From the NCBI RefSeq assembly GCF_009914755.1, contig NC_060926.1: 64,000 nucleotides of DNA; one strand, given 5' to 3'. Source of the stretch: the human T2T-CHM13v2.0 reference genome, Homo sapiens. The position numbers and the translations under genes were made by a program. Under the pieces are notes generated by a model that did no database searches, was not told where the DNA came from, and saw only the letters and a program-made list of their open reading frames with translations. This document shows positions 28,409-45,009 of the stretch, piece by piece; position 1 is the stretch's first letter; every line of letters starts with the position of its first letter.

Positions 28409-28411
<3 letters not shown>

Positions 28412-28444
<33 letters not shown>

Positions 28445-28722
28445 GGGTCTGACTCTGTTGTCCAGACTGGAGAGTACAGTGGCACAGTATGGCTCACTGC
28501 AGCCTTGACCTCGCAGGCTCAAGTGATTCTCCAACCTCAGCCTCCTGGGTAGCTGGGACTACAGGTGTGTGCCACCACGCTCAGCTCATTTTTGTATTTT
28601 TTGTAGAAATGGGGTTTCACCATGTTTCCCAGGCTGGTCTCAAACTCCTGGGCTCAAGAGATTCACCTGCTTTGGCCTCCCAGAGTGCTGGGATTACAGG
28701 CGTGAGCCACTATGCACAGCCT
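28412..28722 (-). mobile_element. AluJ-like SINE
   Basis: Long poly(T) plus reverse dimer; flanking ttaggttttt. Confidence 0.9.
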
Positions 28723-29824
28723 CTGTTAGGTTTTTAAGGTATGTTTTCCTGCTACATTTGAGATAGCCATGGATGTATGTGCCCAGAGGCTGGGAAGGAA
28801 AAATTATTCCCATCTTAAAATATCTTAAAAATATGTACAGATTTATTGTAAATCAAAATTTTCCTCATAACTACAGCCCCTTCCCACACATAAAATTCCC
28901 CCTAAATCAGGAACATAATGTACAGCCTGTTTTTAACTTGTATTTTTCCATTCACACTATGTCACAAAAAAATTCTCATGGTGATCCATGATTTCACAGG
29001 TCCTGTCCATGTGTTTCCTGAGAAGACAGTCCTGGAATGGAATTACTAATTCAAAAGGCATTTTTAAGGCTGTTACACATACTGCCAAATCGGCCTTCAG
29101 GAGGATGACACAAATTTCCACCTATGTCATCTGAGCGTGCCACTATCTGCTGCTATTGCCCCATGTTTGAGGTTTTGTCCTTTCTCCTCATTCTCATGGG
29201 CAACTGTCAACATCACCACCACTGTGATCCTGAAAAGAAAGGCTCAGAAGACATAGACAGTCTGGGATTTTTTTTTTTCCCTACCTTTCTTTGCACTGTA
29301 GGGAAGGAGTGAGATGTGGCTGCAGGATTGGGGAATAGCTAAGTCAGAAATGAGCAGCAGTGCAACTGTGGCAATCTTGGAGGGGGGTCTCAGCCATGAA
29401 AGAGAACCAGGGGGTGCCTTGCCAGCTGGAGGCTGCAGAATCTTAGCTTGGGTGTTTTGCCTTCTCCGTGGAACTGACAGATGACAGGAATGACGTGGAG
29501 TATTCTCATCAAGCGTCTCAGCATAGTCAGTCTCTGAGATGGCAAACTTTAGGGCAAAGACACCTGGGCTGAAAGGTCCCACATTTAAAACTTGTCAGTC
29601 AGATAACTGCCCACCACCACCCTCTGTAAGATACCTAGATATGGGAACCCCACACTCTTCCCCAATAAGACTCTTGTATGACTGAAAGACTTTGTGGTTA
29701 AAAACATATCTTAATCTAACCTGTATTTTCCCTGCTGCAATTTCAGCCTTTTCCTATCTTTTCATGGTGAATGAACACCACACAGGCTTTCAGATCAGAC
29801 AACTTCTGGCTCCGTCATTTACTA

Positions 29825-30271
29825 GCTGTATCAGTTAACACCAGCTGCTGACTTCACTTCTGCATATGCATTCCAAAATTAGTGTCTTAAAATAACAACT
29901 ACTTATTACTTTTCACAAGCCTAAAAGTTGGCTGAATGGTTCTGCTGATCTGACTTGGTTAATCTTGGCTGGACACTGTCTGATTCAGCATAGGTTGACT
30001 GTCCTCTGCCTCATGTCTCTTATCATCCAGTAGAATTGCCCAGGCTTGCTTGCCTGAAGGCAGAAGAGTTCCCACTAGCAGGAGAGGGCAAGCACTTTTC
30101 AATGCACAAGCACCTTTCAAGCCTCTATTTGCATCAAGTTTGCTAATGTCCCGCTGACCAAAGCAAATCATGTGGCTTACTTCGGAGTCAGTGTGGGTAG
30201 GCATTACCCAAAGAAAGTGGCTATAGGGAAGCATGAAGATCTAGAGCCATTAGTACAATCAATCTACCACA
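29825..30271 (-). mobile_element. MLT1-family LTR inserted in a MIR
   Basis: ccaaaattagtgtcttaaaataacaac...gccattagtacaatcaatctaccaca; MIR halves on both sides. Confidence 0.65.
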
Positions 30272-30459
30272 TTAACTTTGTGACCTTGGGCAATTCCCTT
30301 AGCCTCTCTGAGCTTTAACTCTATAATCTATAAAAGTGCAGAATTTTTTTGGGATTCTTTGCTATAATGTATGTAAAATGTCTGCTACACGATAAACATG
30401 CCATATTTATTAATTTTCTTTTCTCCTCCTTTTCATCATTTGAATTTTTTCTTAAATGC

Positions 30460-30801
<342 letters not shown>

Positions 30802-32255
30802 CTTAAATGCATCATTCTTATACATTACTTTATACATACAAAGCTCGAAGATAATAATAATAAACATTATTCCCACGGCTTCTGTTGAATCCCCAACTCC
30901 TAGCCTGTGCCTAATCAAGTGTGCCCTCAATTCATTCCAATGGTCTGGAATTTGAAGACTAAAGGAATCAAAGGGTATCTCTTCCCTTTGTTCCTGGGAC
31001 CATCAAGTTGTGAAATGACCTCTTGGCTTTCTGATCTGGGTCCACTACCACAAATGAAATAGAAAGGAGTTAACACATTTGCATTAACTGATGATTCTTA
31101 ATAGAGGCAATAAAATGAGAAACCCCCATTTCCTAATTTAAATGTGGCTTTGGGGATAGGATAAGTATCCTGGCCGCTCCTTAGCTAATCAGGCTCCAGA
31201 AGGGACATTAATTGCAGCCAGCGCATCCTGCTGGGGAGACCCAAGGCTGCCAGCTCCCTTGCTGAGAATGGAATAGAATTTTAATTGGCTGTGAAAGCAT
31301 CATGGTAGGAGGTACAGGGAAGAGTTGGTCTGCTCCCCCAAAGCAGGTTAGGGAAGCTCCAAGGGAAAGGACTCAAACAGGTGCATGGCAGCAAGAACCT
31401 CCCATGCTCAGGGGCCTTCCCAGCTGCAACACCACAGTTCCAATTCCAGGGCTGGACTCCAGCCTAGGTGAAGGACCTTCTCACACTTGGGCGATTAGTA
31501 CTGGAGCACGGAGCCTGTGAATCTTCTCATCTCTGTGCTTCCCCCAACTTCCATGAGAGAAGCACCACATAGTTACTGTCACTTGTATTGTCAATCTTCG
31601 ACTTCAGAGAGGTCTCCAAATATAAGCTCAACTCCCCAGTGTACTGTGTGTGTGCCATTTGTCCATCTGTATGGTTTGAAGCAATGGCACAGCATTCCTG
31701 TACTGTTGTTTCAGAGCAATGTGAATTTATTTCACTCAAATAAATTAATCTAACTATGCTTAGGGAAAAGTTGTTCTCATGGTAATGAGTATGTCCTTTC
31801 TGCCATGGCAATTTCTGGAACACAAATATAGAAAAGAATGACATGTGAAGGTCAATAGATGAGACTATGAAAAACAAGACAATATAGCTTTTTAGCATAA
31901 ATGTACAATGATGCATGTGGTTTTTGGAGAATGTTGGACAAATTACTTAACCTCTTGGTGCCTTAGTTTTCTAATTATTAAAATGAGGGCAACAGTATTG
32001 CTGATCTAATAAGGCTTTTGGAAAGAATAATGAGATGTAAAGAGCTTAGAATAGTGCAGAGTCTTAATAAACATGTCTTCGTGATTCCTTCTAGTGAAGT
32101 GACATAGAGAAGTGGGACCAGTCATTGACCCACCCAAGCTCTGTCAACCTAGTGGTATAGTAAATCTGTTGGCAAAAAGCAAAGCAGAACAACAAAAAAA
32201 CGCAAGCAAAATCATTGCTTTCAGGAAACTATTTTGTGAGACAGAAGCTTGATAA

Positions 32256-32680
<425 letters not shown>

Positions 32681-32696
32681 TATTTTCAAATTTTTA

Positions 32697-33095
<399 letters not shown>

Positions 33096-34851
33096 TTATA
33101 AAGATATAAAGGATCCTAATTTGTAATCCCCCCAAAATCACACCTCAATTCCATTTCTTCTCTCACAGCTCCTTTCTCCATTCATACTTCCTGTCTCTTC
33201 ATTGAGGAATAAAACATCCTGGTTTAAGCTCAGAACATAGGAATGAAAATAGGGAAGAAAATATGTGAACAATGCACAGTGTTCTCTCCAAAATGGCAAG
33301 AACGTCATCTCCTAGAAAAGCACTCAGAAGTCCTTGGCCTTTGGGAAAAAAGAGCTTGCGGAAGATGACATTGGTTCATTGTCCTTAAAAGGCAGAACAG
33401 GCCTCCCACTATTGAAAACAGCTCATTCCCTTCCACACCTGGTCCTCAGATCATGCTTGGGTGCCCAGGCTCCTGTGCTTAATCTTTCTTAACTGGATCA
33501 TCAGTGCTTGGGAAATGGGCAGGATAACAATTTAAAGAGATAATTGACTGCACAAATCAGCTCATCCCTTCAAGGGATAAATTTTCTCACACTTTCTGGT
33601 TCTGTAATAGGTCAGGGCTGTTGGAGACAGAGCTGGCTTTTTCCCTGATGTCCAGGGTCCTGAAATGAAGTATGGCTGGGCCACTTGACTGGGAGTGCAG
33701 TTACAGAAGCCAATGCTGGTGCTGCAGAGAGCGCAATGCCCAAAGTGGGTGCATCTCTGATGGTGTAAAGGATGAAGAACAAGCTCTGAGGAAGGTTAGG
33801 TAAGTTCCTGGCTTTCAGTCTGTCCCCTCCACCTGCCAAGTGAGCAAGTCTGTTCCTCTTGCCAAGTGAGCTGCTGTTTTTCTCGTTGGTTAAATGGGAT
33901 GTTGGATAAATCATCTCTACTAGTCTGACAGTTTTTTATATTTAAAGATTTTATAAATTATACAAAGGTTCTGTAGATGAAAAGCAACACCAGATTCCAG
34001 GAATTGCTTAAAGGTGAGGTAGGCCAAAGGCATAGAAGCAGGAGTTCTTTGTAAAGGAAGGGAGCAGCACACTTCATGGGCAGGTCAAGAGGTCACCTGG
34101 AAATGGCACCAACAGCTACTGGAAACCTCCTACCCACCCCAGGACCCTGAAACAGGGAACTTGGAAAGAGAAATTTAGGGTTGTGTGTCTGCACCACAAC
34201 AGAGGGTGAGACATGTCATGGGGGTACTCAGGTTACTGGAAAGATTTGCTGCCTAGAGTAGAAAAAGGTAGATTTCTATTGCTCACCCCAAATCATGTAT
34301 AAAGAGCTTCTGATTCACTTCCTCATGCATCTTAACTTTTACTTGGCTTCTCATATATACATATAGATTCTAGAATGAGTTTCCTTGACATGGGGACATA
34401 AGTATTCTAGGTATTGAAAAGGAGCATCTTCAATTGTAGCTATAAATCATCTTTCTGGTCTCTATCTTGATTTCTTATTAGTTTTCTTGGCTTGAATTAT
34501 GACTTCACAGGATATGAATACCCAGGGATAAAGGGCCACTAAATCAAGGTGCCAGACTTGCAAAACTGACACCTAGATCCCTCAATAGAGGAAAGAGAAG
34601 CTGTTTGTAATGACCGAGGACAAATTGAATGGTTTCCCTCAGGCCAAAATTTCTCCTAAGGTTGATCACCTCTTCTCTTCTTGTCCTAATTCTCCTTGCA
34701 CTCTCATCCAAATAGGAGATGCATCATTCCTAAAATGTATATAAGGCCAACATAATGTATTTTTGTTTTTATTCCATTTTTGTTTTTGCTCTATAAATCT
34801 CCATCAGTCAAGTCTGTCTGAGACCCTAGGGCAATGTAGAAAACATTCATA

Positions 34852-35173
<322 letters not shown>

Positions 35174-36251
35174 TCATTCACTAGCCTCTCAGTGACAGGA
35201 AGCTTACTACCTCACAAGGGTACCCACTGCATTAAAAAAAAAATTGTTCCAATCAACAAATGCTTGCTGGAGAAATGAATAAATATTAGATTACAAGCTG
35301 CAGGAGGGCAGGACTATGTGTAAGGCATGGCAAAGAGGCATTATTAAAAATGTGAAGATAATCACGATATCTGGTGATGTGTGTCTGTATTGGTGAGTCC
35401 GGTATGCATGTGGAGCCAGGAAAGGAGATAGGTGGGTATAAGTTCAAGGTTATAAGGTATAGTTCAAGGTTCAAGTGTACCAGGTCTGTCTGAATGTGCA
35501 TGTGGTCATGGTCTATAGTTTGAATGCTCTTTTGCAGCGATTTCCTCCATCACCTGTCCCACCTCTGTCTTCTGGGATAAATCCTTATTCCTATTCACCT
35601 TAAGTATCACCTTTCTTGCTCCGGCTCTAACGCTAAGACAAAAATTTCAGAGGCAAGAAGAATGGAAGAGAGGAAGAGAAGAAGAGAACATGAGACAAAA
35701 GAGCCAGCCTGGGGTGCTAAGGAGCTGCCAAAAGACTCAAAGTAGCAGAATGGGTGGGCAGGCCCTCACTGCCTCAGCCAAGCCAGCACCTGTTCACACC
35801 CACAGACTCAGACTCTATGGCCAAGAGCACTGAATCCATGTTTTTGGCCTTCCACTAATCAGACTGGTTTTTATCACAGGCCCATATGGAGATGGAGCAA
35901 CTTGCATCATCCTGGTCATATAAAAGAAATCAAGGGCTGATTGTCCTTGCCAACCGTCTCCCTGTACTCAGCCCGTCGGAGGAATGACATTACATAAATC
36001 CTCAAACATAAAGAGGCATAAGGACGGCACACATCTTGCCTTGGCATCCCACATATCTAATCTAAACATTCTCTGTTCTCACCAGGACATCCCAACACAT
36101 TACCTAACCACACCCCACCCCTCCTGCACCAAAACATTTTTTTATAATAGTTGTCATTATCATTATTGTCATCATCATTACCATAATTATCATCATTGTA
36201 GAGACTGTCTGAGTTCACCATTTCAACTCCAAGGACATTTTGATTCTGTAT

Positions 36252-36303
36252 TTATACATGCAAAGTTTTAATTGAAATTATACATGCAAAGTTTTAATTG
36301 AAA
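36252..36303 (+). repeat. Perfect 26-bp tandem duplication
   Basis: ttatacatgcaaagttttaattgaaa x2. Confidence 0.92.
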
Positions 36304-36809
36304 TTTATCTGCATTGATAAACTCTCATTGACAATCTATTCTCCAAAGAGAATTCTCTTTAGCCAATTTAATTTTTGATCAATCTTTTAAAATATAGAAC
36401 AGTTAAATTGTTTCCATTTTTTCCCATTTCTAATTTAATGTTATTGAAACTTTCCTCAGGATAAATCATTTTATAAGTAAAATAGGCATTAACCACTTGA
36501 TAAGTTGATCAGTTTTGGATCCGTATCAAAATTTACTAATTATAGTTCTGTCAATGAAGACTTTATTGTGTGTCTTTATAATCTTTCCAAATCTATTTTT
36601 TTCTAGATCAAAGTTTGCAGATCTGAATTTTGTCAAGACGTTATAATCTTCTGCCAGATTTTAATAAACCATACATTTAACTGAGGGTGGTTTTGATCAC
36701 TATCAGTTTTATCTTATATTGAATACTTCTAAATATCATCAGAGTGAAGGTGTCCTGCCATATTATAGCAAGGGTACGTTACTAACTGCTCAGTATATAT
36801 GGGCATCAA

Positions 36810-36990
36810 GTAAACATTATCTCATTTAATCCTACAGCAGTGTTGAGGGGTGGATATTATTATCCCCATTTTATAGATAAGTGAACTGAGGCTAGAAATG
36901 AGGTCACTTGCCCAATCTCATACAGAGACTCTGTGATACACCTGGGAATTAAAAACCAGGACTTTGGGTGTTAAAATCTCCTTTTTTTTC
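36810..36990 (-). mobile_element. MIR
   Basis: ctcatttaatcc...ttatccccattttatagataagtgaactgaggc. Confidence 0.75.
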
Positions 36991-37104
36991 CCCTACTGTA
37001 CTATTTTTTCCAGTGTCTCTCAATTCATTCATAAGTATACTGTGTTCACTGGCTGTACATGCATCTCATAACACATTTTGCCTTGTTTTTGCCTACCTCC
37101 TGTC

Positions 37105-37144
37105 CTCTCTCTCTCTCTCACACACACACACATACACACACACA
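37105..37144 (+). repeat. (CT)n(CA)n compound microsatellite
   Basis: ctctctctctctctcacacacacacacatacacacacaca. Confidence 0.85.
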
Positions 37145-37946
37145 TCCCCTTTGTGCTCCCAATAAAGCACAACAGACTGCCACTGTGCTCCAGGCCTCAC
37201 CCTGGGAGCAGCACGACTTCCTCTCTCCTCCCGCCCTGGTAGGTGAGTCCCACAGCGGCCCCAGGAACCACCTGGAAGGAGCTCCCATGGCCAGCACGTT
37301 AGATGGGCCCTCTCAGGTGTGCCTCTCTCTGAGTTCCAACTGGGAAACCTGAAGGAGGCAGCCCCGCAGGGACTCACAGGGGCTCAACCGCTGGCTGAGG
37401 GAGTCCATCAGTGTTGTTTTATCTAGAAAGGAAGAGCATGGTTTCTCAGTGGAGCACATCCAGACAGTTTCCTTTTTTACAACAAATTACAAGGGGGGTG
37501 GGAAGGAAAGGAAATGGAGGAATAGAGGGAGGGAGAGGGGTTTCTATTTTTAAACCCTTGCTAGGCATTAGTTCTGTGGAAGTTTCTGTGAGGAAGGAAG
37601 TAGGAAGAAAAGATGGGAGTGAGCAAGGGGTAACTGGTGGGAGGGGTAAGGTCTAGGGAAGTGATTTTCAAATCAACGTTTTTTTTTTGGAACTGGAATC
37701 TTTTCTCCAAAGGTATCCTATGAATAAATGCCAATATGAAAAATAAATAAAAGGAGAGCTGTTTATCTCCATGGACATAGGCAGCTTCCTGAGCCCTGCC
37801 CGCTTGGCTTCTCCCAGAGCACATGGAGGCCCCCGTGACAGCTCGACTGAATACAGGTTGAAACCACTTGTTGAGCAGGGTAAGGGAAAAGGATCACATT
37901 TCCATGTATTCATTCATTCGTTCATGAAATACTTATTGATGCCTAG

Positions 37947-38564
<618 letters not shown>

Positions 38565-39544
38565 GTCAGGCACATGGAGCTCTATCCTGAACTCCAGGCC
38601 TTACTCCCTAGAATCTGTTTCCTGTATCACCCACGCTGAATGCTGATGATAGGCCTGTGCAATCCATATAGGCAGATGGCACAGAAGAGCCCTACAGTGT
38701 GCCTGGTACTGCCTAAGGTGTGGCTTGTAAGCCAGGCCTGCACTCTGCTTCCGGAACTCTGAGTTGTGATCCTTCCACTAACTTGCTTGTGCTTCTCAGC
38801 ATTTGCCCCTGAGAGTCCTCAGAAAGACATCTTGCAAACTGATACAGGAACCCAGACTATGACGTATGCGTGCTGCCCAGACAGTTATATATCATTCATA
38901 GCTCATTAACCTGAGCTAAAAATAGAAAGCCACTGCCATAGCCAGCTGTGAATCCTCCAGGGTCTGATCCTGGTTTGATTCTAATTATACAACCTGCTTA
39001 GCAACTCCTGGTCCCCTGTTCCCCTTTTTTTCCTATTCTTTTCGAAGAAGGGTGTGGATATTCAAACCTATTCATGGTTTTCATGTTTGCTCCTTGTGAA
39101 CGGCAGAAGCAAAGTACTTGGAGAGGGAAGAGAATGGTTATCATGGTCAAAATGAAGTCTTGGGACTAGCTATAGATTTCCATCTCCTTGCCTTTTGGTC
39201 AATCTTCACCCCAACCACCAATCCCCTATAAGCATAAAAACTGGAGAATTGATTCTAGTGGCAACATATCTTCACAAAGCATTTGGTTCTGAAGATCCCA
39301 TGACACTTTAAAGATGGTTTCTGGAAAAACCTAATTAATCCTCACAGTGTGTCTTTCAGGGAAGAGGTTTTGATCTGCATCTACCCTGAAGCTGGAACAG
39401 AATAAGACAGGTGAAAATTATAGCAGGAGAAATTCAAGCTAGAAGAGAGGTAGAATTACCAGATGGTATGGACATGAAATAGATTACCATGGCAGCTGGT
39501 ATAACTCTTTTTCCAAAATATTTTTAACACAGGCACGATCTCCC

Positions 39545-40042
39545 TATAGTGGACATAGGACACTTTCCTTTGCTTATCCTGTTCAACTCACGTGGTCCAC
39601 GTGAAGCTAAATTGCACCTACCACATCCAAGTTCCTAGGGTGTACATATAACCCCAGCCTAACTAATCAGAAGACTCCTACCCTGGGACACAGTGATTGG
39701 TTTAGAAATGGGTTACATGACCCAAACCATCTGAGGAGGGCTTCCCAGGGATTTTACTTAAGCTTTATTGGAAAAAACTATTTTAGTCTGAGCTGAGTTT
39801 ATGAGCTACAAGTACAAGATAAACTTGGAAACCATCTTGCTTCCACATGGAGAGACCTGAGCTAGACCCAGCTACACAGACCAAGGGATGAAAATAGAAA
39901 GAGAGGCCTCAGCTGTAACCACATGCAGCCATTCACTTCAGCTTCCCTGTTTTCGTATAATTCCTTTTTTTAATTATTATTTTGCATGATGTAGTTCCAC
40001 TTGGCTTTCTGCCCCTTTCAACCAAAAGAGCTCTAACTGATA
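39545..40042 (+). mobile_element. ERVL-type old LTR (LTR16-like)
   Basis: cacagtgattggtttagaaatggg...catgacccaaa; 3' ttggctttctgcccctttcaaccaaaagagctctaactgata. Confidence 0.55.
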
Positions 40043-40396
40043 TAGCTCCATTTCCCTGATTCCGAAGCCCAATCCCATCCTAGCTACAAACACACACCAC
40101 CTATCTAGAATGGCTTTGGTGCCTTCTGGCTCAAAACTGAGGAGCTGGCAAGAAGAGGGGATGATGACAAACTAATAACTCTAGGATTATCCTTCCCATT
40201 TTATGATAGGCAAAGTATAGAACCACTGGGCCTAGATGAGACCCTGGAGGGCACCTACCCAGTGCAATCACTCAAGTGGTGCCAGGCGCCTCTCAACTTT
40301 GCTACCAAGTGGTCACCTAGCCTTGACTCCAGTGATGAGTCTCCATCCTTGCTGAGGCTGCTCTTTCACTTTGGGGCAGTACTAATCATTAGATAG

Positions 40397-40702
<306 letters not shown>

Positions 40703-41361
40703 AGTTCTTCCTTAAACTGAATCAAAATCTAGTTGTCTGTTATTTCTAGCCACTGGCCCTCTCTTCTTGGGTGATGCAGGGTAAGCTTGCTCTCTGCTGC
40801 ATGATAACCTTCAAAGTAGTGGTGGGTAGCCAGTCTGGCTTTCTGGTCCTGCCATGTATTCCAGCTACTCTTCATGTCACATGGTTTTAAGTCTCTTCTT
40901 ACAGTCACCTTTTTATTAATCTACTTTTGGGGGCATGTGGCATTCAGGGCTTCATCCTGCACAAGAGAGGTGTTAGGCTGACAAAATAGGAGTATGGGAG
41001 GTCTGTTACTCCCCTTTCCTGGATTCCATACTTCAGTGAGGATAGACTAGGACCACATTAACATCATAAGTGATGGGAAGGAGTGGGGGAAGGATTATTT
41101 TAAATTAAATAGTAATATATTGGATTATAAAGAAGTCAAATACATTAAGAAGGAAGCCAAATATTACCTACAATCCTACCATCTAGAGATAAGCACTGCT
41201 AGCACCTTATTATCTCTCCTCTAATCTTTTCTCTATACAAATATAAACATAATTTTCAAATAAACTTTAGAATCAAATTCTGAATACTTATTAGATTCAG
41301 GAGCATATCCCATGCCATTAAGTAATTCATGGAAATATTATTGGTGATGGCTCCATAATAG

Positions 41362-41698
<337 letters not shown>

Positions 41699-42112
41699 GT
41701 AAATCATGTCTTTATTGTTAAACACTTAGGTTTCCTCACATTTTTGCTTTAATAGACAACCACAGTTTGAACATTTTTAGTAAAAATTTATAGAAATAAG
41801 ATTAGAAATCAGTAGGGTAAGAACCTTTTTTATTATTATTTTAAATTACCAGACCATGGGCTTGCATAAGAGTAAGGACTTCTGTAAGGTTCTTGCATCT
41901 TCTTAGCAAATTCTAGCCCAGAAACGACTTAGCCATTTATTCTCCCATCCATAGTGTATGAAGCACTTGTCTTATCACTTTCTGCTCAGGATTAGGTATT
42001 ATAATTTTTATATTGTAATCAGTGTATTAGGAGCAAATGGTATCCAATTGCTGTTTTAAGTTGTATACATTGATTATAAGGTTGATTTGTTTTTAGGTTT
42101 GATGAAATAATT

Positions 42113-43383
42113 TTTTATTAAATTTTATTTTAACTTAGATTCAAGAATACATACGCATGTTTGTTACATGGGTATATTGTGTACTGGTGGGGATTGAGTT
42201 TCCAGCATATCTGTTTCTCAAATAGTGAACATTGTGTCCATCAGATAATTTTTCAACCCTTATCCACCTTCTGGAGTCCCCAGTGCTTATTATTTCCACC
42301 TTTATGTCCACTTGTGTCCATTGTTTAACTCCCATTTATAATTGGGAACATGTAGTTTTCTGTGTCTGGGTTCCTTTACTTAGGATAATGGCTTCCGGCT
42401 TCATCCATGTTGCTACAAAGAACATGATTTCATTCTTTTTATGTCTATGTAATATTCCAAGGTGTATATATACCACATTTTCTTTATCCAGTCAGCTGCT
42501 GATAGTCACTTAGGTTGGTTCTATGACTCTGACATTGTGAATAGTGCTGTGATGAACAAACAAGTACAGGTGTCTTTTTTAACATAATGATTTCTTTTCC
42601 TTTGGGTAGATACACAGTGTGGAGGTTGAACTAACTTCATTCTCACCAACAGTGTATAAGCATTCCCTTTTCTCCATATCCATGCCATCTGTTGTTTTCT
42701 GACTTTTTACTAATAGCCTTTCTGACTAGTATAATATGATATCTCATTGTGGTTTTAATTTGCATTCCTCTGATGGTTAATGATGTTGAGCATTTTTTGG
42801 TGTGTTTGTTAGCTGCTTGGATGTCTTCTTTCGAGAAATGTCTATTCATGCCCTTTGCCCAGTTTTTAATGGAGTTGTTTCTTGTTGAGTTATTTGAGTT
42901 CCCTGTAGGTTCTGGACATTAGTCATTTGTCAGAGGCATAATTTGCAATTATTTTCTCCCATTCTATAGGTTGTCTGTTTGCTCTGTTGATTATTTTATT
43001 TTGCTGTGCAGAAGCTTTTTTGGTTTAACTAAGTCCCATTTGTCTGTTTTTGGTTTTGTTGCATTTGCTTTTGGGATCTTCATTGTAAATTCTCTGCCTA
43101 GACCAATGTCCAGGGAGTTTTTTCTTGGCTTTCTTCTAGGATTTTTATAGTTTCAAGTCTTACGTTTAGTCTTTAATCCACCTTGAGTTAATTTTTGTGT
43201 ATGGTGAGAGAGAGGGGTCCAGTTTCATTCTTCTGCACCTTGTTAGCCAATTATCCCAGCACCATTAACTGAATAGGGTGTCCTTTCCCCATTGTTTATT
43301 TTTGTCAAGTTTGTGAAAGGTCAATTTGTTGTAGGTATGTGGCTTTTTTTCTGGGTTCTCTATTCTGTTCCATTGATCTATGT
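42113..43383 (-). mobile_element. L1 3' fragment (L1MA/L1PB-like)
   Basis: Minus-strand [19 protein letters not shown]...[10 protein letters not shown] matches the L1 ORF2 C-terminus; 3' UTR present; degenerate TSD ttgat(g/a)aaa(t/c)aattttt. Confidence 0.88.
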
Positions 43384-44469
43384 TGATAAAACAATTTTTA
43401 AATTGAATAAATTTGGTTCCTCTATGTGACTTCCATTGATTTTAGAGGCAAATGGCATCTAATTTCTCTTTTAAGTTGCATTCCTTTGATTATTAGTAAA
43501 GTTGAACATTTCTAGTTCATTAAAACAGGTTTTAAATGGAGTAAAATTGATTCTTTTACTATTTTATTCCTAGTGTGTTACTTTCACAAATTAGAAAAAA
43601 TTACTGATATTAAATTCTAAAGACTAAACGTTATGGCTTCCCTAGGCCTGATTGTAAAGCTCCCGTACCTACTTCACAGGTCAGTTTTGAAGGAGCAAAT
43701 GGCATGTAACATGAGGTGGCACTTGAAACTTTACTATCACATGTAAGCAAGTGTCCCTATCTTCCTCTTTCTGTCTCTGACAGCTCTCCATCTCTTTCAA
43801 CCTTGTTCACAACTATTAGACATGATCCCTAGAAAAGGAAAGGGTGTAGAGAGATCTGCTTTCTCAGAATTGTGAAAGGAGCATAGATTTTTTCAGGGCT
43901 TTCAAAGGCTGATGTGAATATTGTATGAAACACATTAAAGATATCTGATTCTCCTGCCATTTAAATGATTTGAGTCAGCCAGTAAATACCATTAATTAAG
44001 GATCCACTCTAGGCTAAGCCCTGAAATAAGCATTATGGGAAGCACTTAGGGCTAAGGCAATAATGGAGAAAGGGAAGTCACTGCAGAGAGAAGAGACAGT
44101 GGGGCTGGAGAACAGCAATAAGAAGAGCCATTGATTCTATTTCCCTCTTGCATCCTAGGTCTAACTTCTCGGTGCCAGGTGAAAGGGGATTATAAGACAG
44201 CTAGTCTGCATTGTAGTTGTATGTTATAATCACAAGATACTGTTTGGAAAGACTTAAATTAGATCTCTAGTTTACCCCTATACCAGAATAAATTCTAGAT
44301 GGATTTAGCATGCAATGACTTTTAACAAATGTCTTTTGTACATCTACTGTGTACCAGTTGCTAGGTTAGGTTCTTAAAATGAAAAACAGATATGGTTTCT
44401 GCCCTCCATAGAGTTTACAATCTAATTAGGGGTGCATATATTAAATAAGTAGACAAATGATGTAACTAC

Positions 44470-44790
<321 letters not shown>

Positions 44791-45009
44791 TAAAAAGGAA
44801 AATAATAGGATGCTAAAAGAAAGAAGACCAGGGTTAGGGAAACCTCCTTTAGGTTATGTAACCAGGAAAGACTTCTCTAAGCAGATGGTATTTAATTTGA
44901 GATTTGAGGAATAAGAAGGAGCCACTCGGTTGAAGAGCAAAGGAAGATCATTCCAGGCAGAGAGGGCAAGTGGTAAGAAGAGCATGAGAGGTGACAGAGC
45001 TAGAAAGAA

